From the NCBI GenBank assembly GCA_965112155.1, contig OZ218101.1: a stretch of DNA of 64,000 nt; one strand, 5' to 3'. The position numbers and the translations under genes are program-made. Source of the DNA: Podarcis liolepis. Its lineage: Eukaryota. Under the pieces are notes generated by a model, which searched no databases, had not been told where the DNA came from, and saw only the letters and a program-made list of their open reading frames with translations. This document shows, piece after piece, positions 1 to 12,624 of the stretch. The stretch's first letter is position 1. Each line of letters begins with the position of its first letter.

Positions 1-92
1 CCATTAGTGAAAGCACGCCTCTAGTTAAGAACAGTTTCAGGTTAAGAACGGACCTCCGGAATGAATTAAGTTTGTAACTAGAGGTACCACTG
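1..92. mobile_element. Tc1/mariner-pogo (Tigger-like) MITE, cut by the window edge
   Basis: Ends in the TIR gaggtaccactg followed by TA; body matches other copies in the window. Confidence 0.8.
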
Positions 93-460
93 TACTATAT
101 CACAGATACACTTCAAATCCTCCCCTTCCCCCCCAAAAAAACACCCCACCTCTCCGTACCAAAATCTGTATCCTTTAGGGCCAGGACTATTGCATACAAA
201 CTAATATTACATTATAAATCTCTAGTAATACTGTTTACATAAATCTATTCACGTAACCTACAGAAAACCAATTCATGTTAATTGAATGCTCTCTATGTTC
301 AATTGGGCTTACTTCCAGGCAATAATGCTAAGGGTTGCAGCCTTCATTCAGCATAGTCTAGATAAATGGAACTGCCCAATAAGATGATAGAAGAGCTATC
401 TATTCTATATGTAAATGATAGAAGCCGCTTCCAGGCTTGGTCCAAATTTTTACATAACTT

Positions 461-553
461 AGGGAGCAATCCTAAACCCAGTCACCTGAGAGCAAGCCAC
501 AATTAATTCAGTAGGACTTACTTCTGAGTGGACCTGGTTAGGAATGCACTGCT
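461..553. repeat. Short old palindromic interspersed repeat (gcaatcct...aattca...aggattgca type)
   Basis: Imperfect inverted structure; similar degenerate copies near 280-345, 9200-9310, 21860-21940, 27575-27670, 44220-44330 and 47135-47215. Confidence 0.5.
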
Positions 554-1225
554 ACTGCTTTGGGTATTATTTTGCTTTAACCCTGGCACAAATCAAATCC
601 TCACAATTTGGTTGTGTGCTTGAGTATTTGTGGCCAACTTCACTGTTTCTATAACAATCCAGCCAGCTAGAGACAGAGCTAATTTTTGCCACTGCTAACC
701 CTGTTCCACAATGTAGAAAGCTGCAGATCCTATTGATAGACTAGAGCTTCCCTGGGGAAAAAGCTCTAAAGTAAGTAAGCACAAATACTCAAATTACCTT
801 TCAGCTGCGGAAAAAGAGGTCCTTCTATGCCAGGGTCAAGATCAATAGTAGGGGTTTCTCAACTGCACTGCAGATGTTTGCTGCAGAATGTTTGCATTGC
901 CAATGAAAAGAAGGTCATTTTCAGGGAATGTACCTTTATCTGCCTTTGATGAAAAGAGGGAAAGCACTTTTCATAATTCCACTCGTCTAGTTAAAACTCT
1001 CTACCTTAATTGAACAGAATGCATACTTTTAAATGCAAACATTTACGCAGTATTCTAATAACTATTAGAGCTTCCCACTCTGTTCTTTCCTGAACGAGCA
1101 AATTCACTTTATATCCCCCCCCCCCATATAGCATGCATGTCATATGTAGCTGTCCTAGTTCACTGACGTAGGCTGAAAGATAGTTACTACACGGAAGCTA
1201 TATGAAAGATAATTAAGGTTAAAAA

Positions 1226-1580
1226 AAAGGTAAAGGGCCCCTGAATGGTTTAGTCCAGTCAAAGGCAACTATGGGGTGGCAGTACTCATCTCGCTTTCAG
1301 GCCGAGGGAGCCGGCGTTTGTCCACAGACAGCTTTCCGGGTCATGTGGCCAGCATGACTAAATAGCTTCTGGTGCAATGGGACACCGTGACGGAAACCAG
1401 AGCACACGGAAATGCTGTTTACCTTCCCGCCACAGCGGTACCTATTTATCTACTTGCACTGGCGTGCTTTCAAACTGCTAGGTAGGCAGGAGCTGGGACA
1501 GAGCAACAGGAGCTCACCCCGTTGTGCAGATTCAAACTTCCAACCTTCCGATTGGCAAGCCCAAGCGGCTAAGTGGTTCA
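1226..1580 (+). mobile_element. Sauria SINE, near full length
   Basis: aaaggtaaaggg head, ttccgggtcatgtggccagcatgact core, gtacctatttatctacttgcac motif. Confidence 0.92.
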
Positions 1581-1659
1581 ATAAAATTCTGCAACAATGG
1601 AACTTGAGTGCTTCCTGTGTGTGGGTGCCAAGTGCCCTGTTGCTGCATTAAGCAGCAAA

Positions 1660-1785
1660 AGTGAATGTACTCGTGTTGGTTCATGGGGTGGAGAGATACA
1701 GAAGTCCACAATAGGGTGATACTTTTTGATTAGGGCCAACCAGTATGTCGCAAAGTTGTGAACAAACTTGCAAATTTTCCAGACG
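1660..1785. mobile_element. Degenerate Penelope-like element relic
   Basis: gatactttttgattagggccaaccagtatgtcgcaaa resembles squamate Penelope-type ends as recalled; a possible opposite-strand relic lies at about 18810-18890. Confidence 0.4.
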
Positions 1786-2301
1786 GGAGGTTGAGCAAAA
1801 TGGGGTGTCGGGTGTCAGAAAAGAAAGCATGATGTGATGCCCCAAATTCTACAGTTCAGAACTGCCCAAGACATTTTGTTGCCTGGGCAGAGCAGCAGAT
1901 GGTGGCCCCTCCCCAATCCAAGGTGCATAGTAGACAAGGCCAGCCAACTTAATTTGGCACTTAATGCAAACTGGGTTCTGGCCCCAAGCGCCACTACTTC
2001 TTCCAGGCAAACAGAGTGAGCTTAAGACATTTTGCTGCCTGAGGCAAAGGACAAGATACTGCCTATGCACCACCACATTCCATGTACATCAGATGACCAG
2101 ATTGGCAGATGAATCTTATTTCAAAACTGGCAATAAGGAAGTACCCTCTACCTCACTGGCAGGCAGTGGGCTAGCTTAGGATCTAAGGCAGGCGTTGCGA
2201 CCCAAACAACCCTGTCCTCTAACCCCCAGTCACCACCCAGCCAACTATGCTCCATTTGTCTGATCCTGCTGGCCAATAAAAATACATGGACAGCACAAAC
2301 T

Positions 2302-2687
2302 CAGACTCTCCAACATTTCTCTGATGAAAATAGGAATCTCCTATTCCCTAATAATAATAATTTTATTATTTATACCCCACCCACCTGGCTGGGTTGTCCC
2401 AGACACACTGGGTGGTTTCCATATATAAAAGCATAATAAAACATCAAACTTTTTTTTTTAAAAAAAATCCCTATTCAGGGCTGCCTTCAAATGTCTTCTG
2501 AAGGTTGGATAGTTACTTATCTCCTTGGCTCGGGGGTTGCATAACTCCATACCTTCCAACATTTCTCCAATGCAAATAGGGACATCCTAAGGAAAAGAGG
2601 GACATTCCAGGATCAAATCAGAAACTGGGATGGCTTCTGTAAATCCAGGACTGTCTTTGGAAAATAGGAAAACTTGCAGAGGGTCTG
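2302..2687. mobile_element. hAT-like MITE with an internal L2 3' tail
   Basis: Ends cagactctcc...gagggtctg; repeated aaataggga motifs; reverse-orientation homologue of 8337-8689. Confidence 0.7.
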
Positions 2688-3399
2688 ATGTTTTCCATTA
2701 AAAACAACTACATAAACATAAAATCTAGTTGCTACTCAGTTCTGCCTATAAGATCACTAAATTCCCAGTTCTCTTTGCTTGCAATACACCATATCAAAAA
2801 TGATTTCCTGCTGCATGCTGTTCTGAAGAAAATGGGTCAAGCAAGCATAGTTCCTTCCAAACATGCCCTCCAGAAGCAGCAGCCAATGATCCTACACACA
2901 ATGAATCACACATAAGTTCAGCTGAAATCAATGAGGCTTACATATAAATATCAGTAGGCTCTTCCCAGGATCACAGCCTTCCTGTTCAGTCTCACTACCT
3001 TTGATACATCAGCATTTAGCACTTACAATGGGAAATTGATTTAAAGGACTTGGAAATGTCTCAACCTGATAGTGCTCTGACTTCAATTAAGATACCCAGC
3101 AATCTTTCATCACCTCACCTGAAAATATGTTTAGAAATTAGCTTTTGATGCTTGAAAATTATAAAGCATTACCTGACATTTGATTTTCATGTAAAGTGCC
3201 TTTCTGATATTAAAATATTTTTTTTATTTGAAAACGGAGATATAATTTGACCTTTGCACAAATGAATTGTTTAAAAGAACCCAGCCTGTGACATGCCCAT
3301 ATTACCCACTGTGGTTATCCTACAGATGGGCTGCAGTGCATATATTGGCCAGGTTGCTACATATGCAAAGTTCAAATGCATCTCCTCGTAAGGAGAAGA

Positions 3400-3836
3400 C
3401 TTGTTCTTGTTAAGTCATTTAGTCATATCTGACTCTTCGTAACCCCATGGACCAGAGTACGCCAGGCATTCCTGTCTTCCACTGCCTCCTGCAGTTTGGT
3501 CAAACTCATGCTGGTAGCTTCGAGAACACTGTCCAACCATCTCGTCCTCTATCGTCCCCTTCTCCTTGTGCCCTCCATCTTTCCCAACATCAGGGTCTTT
3601 TCCAGGGAGTCTTCTCTTCTCATGAGGTGGCCAAAGTATTGGAGCCTCAGCTTCAGGATCTGTCCTTCCAGTGAGCACTCAGGGCTGATTTCCTTAAGAA
3701 TGGATAGGTTTGATCTTCTTGCAGTCCATGGGACTCTCAAGAGTCTCCTCCAGCACCATAATTCAAAAGCATCAATTCTTCGGCGATCAGCCTTCTTTAT
3801 GGTCCAGCTCTCACTTCCATACATCACTACTGGGAA
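3400..3836 (-). mobile_element. BovB (RTE clade) LINE 3' fragment
   Basis: Encodes FPVVMYGSESWTIKKADRRRIDAFELWCWRRLLRVPWTARRSN...LQYFGHLMRREDSLEKTLMLGK; degenerate (CAA)n-type tail. Confidence 0.95.
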
Positions 3837-3837
3837 C

Positions 3838-3958
3838 TCCAGTCTGCTCACCCACCCAGGTCTCATTGATATAGACCAGATCAGCCTCCTCATCCATAAT
3901 CAGATCATGGATGAGGTAGGTCCTATTCACAGCCAACATGGCATTCAGCGATAGCAGC
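3838..3958 (-). mobile_element. L2-type LINE APE endonuclease N-terminal fragment
   Basis: Hand translation of the minus strand gives LSLNAMLAVNRTYLIHDLIMDEEADLVYINETWVGEQTG, matching the LNA.S....IHDLI.DE.ADL..I.ETW motif. Confidence 0.75.
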
Positions 3959-4959
3959 TGTAGACCCAAGGGCTGGCTGACAGGACAACCACAATTCCCC
4001 AGGTGGGAGGAGGAACTAGCAAAGTCACTAACTGTCTATGCTATGTGCCCTACCTCCCATGCCTTCCCCTACCCTCAACCACTGCAATTGGGAAGGTTCC
4101 CTGTTCTTCCCCAGCTCCTCTCTTCCAAGGCACATCCTGTATCTTTCAATGCAGAAACAAAACTCCTGAATTAAAAAAATATATATCACACAAGTTAAAA
4201 ACAACTGAAAACAATTTAAAACATCTCAGACAATTGGGTTAATAACAACATCAGCAAAACCCTCTATGAAATACCCCAAAAGTCTGCTTGTCATTCTACA
4301 TTTCCTATATGGTACATTCTATTCCTATAGGAATCACAGTCCATGCAAATCAGAGAAGGGTGCCCCACTGGCTTATTCACTTAGCAGGCTCATTTCTAAC
4401 AAACCCTCTGATGCTTCTGATTGTATTCTGGTGCCTTTTCAGTGCTCCAGTGAAGGCAAGTCAAACTGCACTAAAGGGTCCACCAGGCTTTTCAGGAGAC
4501 ATCAAACCTGGGTTGTACATGTGTCGCTTACAGCAATAGTGGGAGCAAACCGTGCGCCCACTCCCAATCATAATTTACTCATTTACACTTTAATGAATAA
4601 ATTAGTATGCAGCATCAGTTCTGCTCTGCTGTCATGATAAAACTTGCATTTATATAACCTGTAATCAGCTCCAGTATGAGCGCAAAGGGAAATGTTGATT
4701 TTTAGGTTGACAGCCGGAAATATCTACTATGCATTGCATAGTTCTATGCAATACATGGTAGATGCTTGTAGTGACATCCAAACAAACAAGTACCATTAAA
4801 TGTGTGGCCAAGAAACCCAACAACAGTAATTGCTTTGATGGTTCCTGGGACCTTTTTTTATTTGGTGGAACATGGTAACTGTAAATTACATTCATTATAT
4901 TAACATATCATCTGACCACTTGCTTTCTCCCTGTTAGCTCAGATTATAAAGAGAGAGGG

Positions 4960-5345
4960 AGGGGATAAGTGAGGGGCAGATGGGGCTTGTCATCTAGAAG
5001 AAGGAAAAACTGTGATCCTAAACCTCCGCTGCCTTGTATCTTCAGGAAAAGAAAAGGCTTAAGAGTAAACCCTAGACAAATCCAGAGTGGAGTCCCTAAG
5101 ACAGTTGGATGGTACACTGTACACGTCCTTCTCGCGACTCTTGTAGCCAAGCTGGAGCTAAACGTGTAGCTCTGCTTTCCTTTGAACCACATCTGTGAGG
5201 CCAACCACATCTGTTGTCTGAGCAGCTCAGGCTCCCAGGGAGATCACGCCAGTGCTACTAACACAGTGGTTTGACTCCCCACTCTCGAAGGCACACTCCA
5301 ATGTCTCTCAGGACAGACGGATTCCAACAACAACAACAACAACTA
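4960..5345 (+). mobile_element. Internally deleted RTE derivative (5' UTR segment fused to the 3' end)
   Basis: Homologous to 61075-61430; ends ccaatgtctctcaggacagacggattc followed by (CAA)n. Confidence 0.65.
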
Positions 5346-5419
5346 CAACACACAACTCTGTGCCCCTTACTAGTTTCGCAACCCCACAGCTTTTACTTTT
5401 TAATTTTTTAAAATGCAAA

Positions 5420-5960
5420 GCAGTGGTGGGAGGTGCCAGCCAGAGGAAGAAGGCTCTTAGCCAGGAGATTGGTGATGGAACAGTGATGAGTGGTCAGAGG
5501 GAGCAGACTGGGAGGTGTTGGCAGTGGAAGAGGCAGCGGGGTTTAGTGAGCAGGAAGAAACAGTGGCAGAGAGCAATCCATAATGCGAGGCAGAAGTGGA
5601 GGTGGGTGAGGAGGGGTGCCAAGAGCAAGTGAGGAAGTCAGGCTGCTTCTCCCTCCTGTGATGGGCAGCTCCCTTCCCCTCTATCTCCCAGAACCCAAAG
5701 AGGTATGAAGAGGGTGGAGCAAAGAAAGGCAAGACGAAGGAGCCTCAGATTGCTTGGGAAGCGTTCAGGGGAGGAGGAGACTTAGGCAGCTGTGGGAAGG
5801 CAGGGAGCTTCAGTCCTTGCAACTGCTTCATTGGGGTAAGATCTACCAGGAAGACTTGCTGTGCTCACTAGGCCTGGCCTCCTGAGCTGTTTTGTTTCTT
5901 TGAATAAAAATAGTTAACTTCCCTGACCCCATGTCAGTTTTTGCTGACCTGATCCTGACA
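5420..5960 (+). mobile_element. LTR-like element, 5' end missing
   Basis: Purine-rich body, AATAAA near 5903, terminal ...gatcctgaCA; resembles lacertid Gypsy-type solo LTRs as recalled. Confidence 0.55.
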
Positions 5961-7132
5961 CCAACCCTGGCACCTTCCTCTACTAAGACCCTGGTCTGGG
6001 GTAGAATAGGAAATATTAGCATTTTATGAAATCATGCCAGAATCTTCCAGAGTTATATACATGGATATTTTCCTTCTTGATGTGAGTAGGTTGCCTGATG
6101 CAAAACTTGAAAATTTGTGGGGTTTCTGCAGAATAATGTACAAGATGATAATTTTATTCATTGCGTTTAAATGCTGGTGGTGTTGGGTTTTGTTTAAAAC
6201 AACAACAACCAAAAGCCCAACAACTGTTATTTTCACAATTAGCATTCCTGTGAATCAAATCGTGTTTGCTGTTCCCGCGACAGCCCTCTTGAGACAAGGG
6301 GGATGTAACGAAGCTTTTCAATTTGTCTGCATTGGCACTAAGCATTGGCTTAGTGAAGTGGAAATGTCAAGTGCAGCTTTCACATTTATAATGAATATGA
6401 TTAAAGAATGTATTTGCAAAAGTGTGCACTTCAAATAGGAAAATAAGATTAGAGCAAAATCTTCCAGCTGCTGGACCACAGTTTGGAGTGACACTTTACA
6501 TTTTTGGTGAAAGACTGAAAAAGTAGCTCTTTTTAGCTTCTACTGCTTTGGCTTTTATTTTGCATTGTTTACATTCAACGAGCAACTGGCAGCCGCCTAA
6601 TGACTTTTGTTTCCAAATAATATGTGCAGTGTCCAACGCATGCTGGACTTTGTAGCCTGTATTTTTGGTTCCAATTGTTTCAAAGAATAGCAATCATGGA
6701 TCTGAAAGAAAAGGAATTGCTACGCCAGCCTGAACTAAATTGGTTTGAGTATCTGCCAGGTCCGGTAATTTTGGAAATGCAGCCACAGAGTCTCGCTCAG
6801 TGTCAACATGCAAAGCCACTTTGAGACAATCTATCAAGCTGCTTTCTAAGCAGTCAGATATGCCAGAATCCTTGCAGTCTTAAGCCTGTGTACAATGGAG
6901 CCAACGTGCTAAATATGTTCTGCCTCTACTTTGGAAAGCAGTATATCAGTGTGATAAAGCAGTTGGGTGATTATTATTTTTGGTACTAATTCAGTTAGTC
7001 ACCTGTGTTTATTTCCTGTTTATAGCAGCTGATATTATTGAGCACAAATCTGACATTTGGCACGAAAAGTGAGTTCCAAAGATCTTGAGATATATTTTAA
7101 AAGCTTTTGATTCTCTTTTTTTATGGCTAGAG

Positions 7133-7228
7133 CAGGGCTTCCCAAACATAGGTCTACATCTTTTTTTTGGACTGTAACTCCCACCATCCCTAGTGGTCAG
7201 TCCAAAAGCAGCTGGAGACTCAAGTTTG
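7133..7228. mobile_element. hAT-like mini MITE (cagtgtttcccaaact family)
   Basis: Similar to 57282-57407 and 63550-63648. Confidence 0.6.
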
Positions 7229-8336
7229 TCTAGAATGGTAAGATATGCAGACTCCCGGCCGAATCCCAACACATCAAGGTTCATTCTGTTGGGTACATCA
7301 TCATCATCATACCACAGATCCTCTAAAAGCTGATTAACAGGCCTGTCCACAGCTTGCCTGATGTTCGGGAGTTGGGGTGGGAGTCTTGTTAGAATGAAGG
7401 TACAAACTCAAACAAAAACCAGCCGGTCCTTGGCGGGGGGCAGGGGGCTGGCCAGTTTAGCCTTCTGAGGCCTGTGGCAAGTGTACCCAAGCTTCACTAC
7501 CTCTGCACGGGCCTGGTTCCTCCCATGTTGCTAAGTTGTTGTCCGATATGGTTAATTCCATTGCAGATCTGCATTGGAGTTCCTGGTGATAACCTTTGTC
7601 ACAAACAATTGCAAGCATTTAATATCGTGGCAGACCTAGCAAACACAAGAGCGTTTCCAGTTTTATAATGAAAGTTTTGTATTTTTGTGGGAAGATCTCA
7701 CTTGAAGATTTCTGAAGCATATTACTTTTGTGATGGTTGATTGCACTCAACGTATTAAATCTTTTTTTTCCCCCTTTTGTTACCCAGGCTTGTGAGCTTT
7801 ATTATAAAGGGACAGAAAACACCTTAAGCAGAAAAAGATTACATGTGGCAGCCAATTGTTTTATTATTGTTTATTCAGAACTCTCCACAGTTTTGTACAA
7901 AGACATTGGGTTAAAAGGTTTAAAAAGTTAAATATACCACCATCTCAGTTATCTTTAGGTAGATTTGTGTGGCAGAGTGAAGACTTGAGGCTGGTGCAGA
8001 CATTTTGAGGACTAGTTCCTTAACAAGAGTTAGCCTGGGCTGTGGCTTGGGCTGTGGGTTTCCTCCTATGCCCCAAATCTGAAATGCAACTACACTTTTA
8101 ATGTTTTTAATGGTACTTACTCCCTGGTAAGTGGGTGCGGGGACGGTTGCTTAGGTTTTGGTTTAGAACTGGCATTGGGGAATACAAGGATCTTGTGTCT
8201 TTAACAGCTGTATCTTCACAATCAGGACCAGCTGGATATGAGTGTGAGTGGCAGCAATGACTGTACCCTCTCTACTTTTGTGTTATGCCATGCCTCCCAT
8301 GGCTGTCATTTTGTGACTGTCACCTTTGGTGCTATG

Positions 8337-8689
8337 TAGACCCTCCAAGTGTCCCTATTTTCCAGGGACATCCCTAATTTAGAGAAGCTGTCCCGCTTTC
8401 TGATTTGATCCTAGAATGTCCCACTTTTCTTTAGGATGTCCCTATTTTCATTGGAGAAATGTTGGAGAGTATGGAGTTATCCAACCCCCGAGCCGTCTGA
8501 AGGCAATCCTGTACAGGTAAGGTGTTGGGGGTTTTTTATATGTTTAATGTTTTATTATGTTTTTATATACGTTGAAAGCTGCCCGGAGTGGCTGGGGCAA
8601 CCCAGTAAAATGTGTGGGGTATAAATAGCAAAATTATCATTATGGAATGGGACTTCCCTATTTTCAACATAGAAATGTTGGATGGTATG
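8337..8689. mobile_element. hAT-like MITE with an internal L2 3' tail
   Basis: Ends agaccctccaa / ttggatggtatg; flanking 8-bp direct repeat tgctatgt/cgctatgt. Confidence 0.75.
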
Positions 8690-10194
8690 CGCTATGTTAA
8701 AATCCAAAATGTGCCCCCTGGTCCAAAATGGGTGAAAACCCCTAATGTTTCAGATTGCAGCCTCAGTATGATGGATACTGAATGTTCCTACAGACACAAA
8801 GATATTGATCTTCAGAAGACTACAACATTTTGCATATATATATATGTGTGTGCAAGGTTCATGCTTTGTAAAGTAAGGTCACCAATGCCCCTTTTTTCAT
8901 GAACAAACTGAATACAGACAGTGATGTCTTGTAAATACTTAGTGTGAGTGAGTGCGTCAGAAAGAATGAATGAAGGAAAGGAAGCTCTGATAAGAAATAA
9001 TAGTTTTGTCAAAGAAGACAACAGTTTAAAAGAGCACTATCGGTTTTCTTTTCATAAAAGGTTTTCATTTAAAATGAATAACCACTGAGTGATAACCTAC
9101 ATAGAACCATGACAGCAGAAACTTATTAAATCGTGGCATCTTTTGGTACCATGGAAGAAAAGGGTAGAAAAGCAGTCAAATTTGCAAATAAGGAATCCAG
9201 TGAGTAATATCCAATTACGTCATACATAAGAGTAAACCCATTGAAATCAATGGGCTCAAGTGTAGTCAATGGGTCTATAATATTCTGAGTATGAATAGAA
9301 TTAAATATCACTCAGTATCTCTACATATTTCCTCTAAAATTCTCTGCTTCTAGGAAAACTGCTATCAGCAAGTATCTATGAAAAGAAATGGCGCATCTTC
9401 ACAAGTTTGTCATGCAATACGATTGGAGAGTGCATAAAGGACAAAGCAGTAACTGACTGAGATGCATTGAACTTGTAATAGCCATGTAGAAGATGACTCA
9501 CTAGAGACAGAGAATGGGATAAAGAGACTTACAGAAATCGTAATAATGAGCTGACACGTCAGCATGGGCGAGCTGCTTTCAACGGCTGAAGACTTATCAC
9601 CAGCGTATATTGCCCCGTGAAAGAGAATCCTTTGCTTTAAAGAGGCGTAGGCAGAAAGTCACCTTCCCTTTCCAGGAAATAGTAGGGGGAAAGCGAACAA
9701 AGTTTTAAAATGCTTACATTTGAATTTAGCATCACTTTAGCAGTTGCACTTATGACCGATGGATTTTCATGCAGAAGCTTACACATACATTCAAAATGGC
9801 CTTGTGAATGAATCACTGTTCGTCCATACTGCTGGCCTCAACCCTGCCTCTTATTTTACAGGCGCTTTATTGAGTGACTGAAGGAAACAATAGCTTGCAG
9901 TTTCCGTTTTTTGTCTGGGCCAGGTTCCACTGTCTGTTTGTTTACCTCTCGAGTCAGCCTGATTGCCATGTAGAGAACTAAATTCCACAGTATGCCTCAC
10001 AGTCACCCTAGCACAGCTCAAGGGGGGGGGACCCAGCCACTCTCACTTTCTCTTGACCAAGTACTATGAAGTAGAGAGGGAAGGCAAATGTGCAATAGGA
10101 GTTTTTGGTTCCAGCAGAAAAGCACAAATGGCATGAGCAACTGATTAACCCTTTATATCCCAATACAGAGTGGTCCCCAACGTAGCTTGCATGT

Positions 10195-10263
10195 AATAAT
10201 AATAACAACGATAATTTTATTATTTATACCCTTCCCATCTTGCTGGGTTGCCCCAGCCACTCT
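10195..10263 (-). mobile_element. L2 3' tail fragment
   Basis: tttattatttatacc...ctgggttgccccagccactct; same tail as inside the MITEs at 2302 and 8337. Confidence 0.65.
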
Positions 10264-10350
10264 ATAAAATAATATGATTCCACAACAATTGGGTTATTCC
10301 CAACACTTGGTATTGCTTTGGTATAGCCTCTGCTCCTCCCAGGACTGCCG

Positions 10351-10397
10351 AAGAGAAGAGAAGAGAAGAGAAGAGAAGAGAAGAGAAGAGAAGAGAA
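10351..10397. repeat. (AAGAG)n microsatellite
   Basis: Direct reading. Confidence 0.97.
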
Positions 10398-11105
10398 GGA
10401 GCAGCCAGGAGCCGCAGATGGCTCTTCAGTGAGCTGCTGAGCTATGATGGTTGATCTTCCACAGCCTAGATGTGTGCTCCTTCTCATTCTCTTTCCCCTA
10501 GGAATGCCCAAGGGTAGAGGGGTTGAAGCCAGGTGCAGTTTGCTGGGCTTTAGTTCAAAGGCTGTATGATGGCTCAGATGGCTGAGATAATATGTGAACT
10601 CTGAAGCATTAAATGCATGTTAATCCTATTGCTACTATATTTATGCTACTACAGAAACTACAGGTGTTGCTATGACGCACAAACGCTAGAAAAGTACAGA
10701 GTGCTGGTGGAATCCCTGGACACTGGTGCAAGGTTCAAAAGTAATGGAGCATGGTCTTGTTTAACCATGTTTGCTCTGTAAAAAGGGGGGAGAGAGAGAA
10801 AACTCTTCTTCCAAAGGATTGGGGGAAGAGCCCCCACATCAGTAAATCTCCTGCTCAAGCTACTGTAATGTTAATGGGTCATTCTATGTCAGGAAAAAGT
10901 GGTACTTTGGGTGAAATTTAGAAAAGGGCTTATTCATTTTGTTTCACAAACTTTATATACCAGTGGTTGTGGTTGTTTTTAAAAAAACACACCTTTAAGC
11001 AGTTTACAAAAAATAAAGGTAAAACATGAAAAGAAGGTATATAAAAGGATTCAAAAGATAAATTGATAACAGAGAGATAAAACACATAGAACTTCTACAT
11101 ATCTG

Positions 11106-11162
<57 letters not shown>

Positions 11163-11178
11163 GATAGATAGATAGATA
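11106..11178. repeat. (AGAT)n microsatellite
   Basis: Direct reading. Confidence 0.97.
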
Positions 11179-11278
11179 GTCCAATAGCACCTTAGAGACC
11201 AACTAAGCTTGTTCTTGGTATAAGCTTTTGTGTGGTATAAGCTTTTCTTCCACAAAAGCTAAATTGCTACTGGATAGT

Positions 11279-11330
<52 letters not shown>

Positions 11331-11387
11331 CAGATAGACGGATGATATATTGACTGCATCAGTCCAACATGGCTACCTACCTGACTC
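11179..11387. mobile_element. Penelope/Neptune-like relic interleaved with (AGAT)n
   Basis: gtccaatagcaccttagagaccaactaag...tgctactgga inverted ends and a ccaacatggctacctacctga terminus. Confidence 0.6.
11279..11340. repeat. (AGAT)n microsatellite
   Basis: Direct reading. Confidence 0.97.
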
Positions 11388-12624
11388 TTCTACATATCTA
11401 GAAAGACGTGCCTAAATAAAATATTTTCAGCTGTGAGTACAGTGTCTACCTGATGTCAATATGTAGGAATTCCATAGCATAGGTGCTGCCACACCAAAGG
11501 GTCAATTTCATACAAGTGTGGAATGATGTAACACCTGTAGCAGTGCCGGCTCCACAAATCAAAATGGCCAAGCGGGCATATATGGGGTGAAGCGATCCCC
11601 AAAGGATGGGCTTGTCTAGGCAGATGGGAGCACCCCAAGTGCAGCAGCACAATGACAAAAGCAGCGGGGAAGGAAGGGATAGGCTTCTATCTCGTTTCTC
11701 AGGCAAAAAAGAGTCATAAATTAGTCACATCAGTAGAGGAATTGGCAGAAGCTTGAACTGTGTCTGCTAGGGGGATATTGCAAGGTCCTGGCCAATTCCA
11801 TTAGTGTGTCCCTTTGATCAAAGCTAATGATTTACATCTAGATTTAAGGGGGAATGCTTCATTACTGCGTTTTTTCAGCTTGCTTGCAGGCACTGCCATC
11901 AGAGCCTCAAGTGCTTTTGAAGTGCTCAAGTTTCTTAAAGCTCGAAACACCTTGAGAAGTGACACGCCGTCAAAATATTCAGTCACTAATTTGTGACAAC
12001 AAGGGAAACGTCGTTTCACAGTGTAAAAATAGTACACCTTTGACAAAATAAAGACAAATGGGTTCCTTGGTGCCAAAATGTGGATAAGAGTGAATTTGGA
12101 GCCTTCTTTTCCAACAGTGCAATATTTCTGGAAGTGGTAGTTAAGGGGAGAGAGAGGGAAAGAGAGACTCTAGAGATACCGTCAAACGTCCTGCCATACA
12201 ATAGGAGAATTTTGAGGTCAGACCATCACAGAGTAACAGAAACTGCAGTAACTGGAGACATTTAGATTCTAAAAGCAATGAATGTGCTATCCAGGGAAAG
12301 AATAAAATATTGTGGCATTGTGTCCCTGCTGCAGAAGCACAACCTTGAGGGTAGATGTAGAGTACGAAATGTGCTCTGCAAATGAAAAGCAAGGGCGTAT
12401 TTATATTGCACACAGAGAGAGGACTGTGCATGGAAGTACCCTGATTTGGGAATTAGTTTCAAAGTCAACCAGACTTCATATTGATCCTACAAATACTCCT
12501 AGCAGCAGAGCTTTTCCATCACCTGCTGCAAACAGAGTGGAGAGGTGATTTTTAATCTTTCTACCTTCTGAGACCTATTCAAATTGATTCTTCTAGTGAA
12601 GGAACAGGGCTGTATGGGGTATGG

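Noticed and set aside
6696-6824. Short ORF with good Kozak context (MDLKEKELLRQ...)
   Set aside because: No recognisable homology, promoter or splice support
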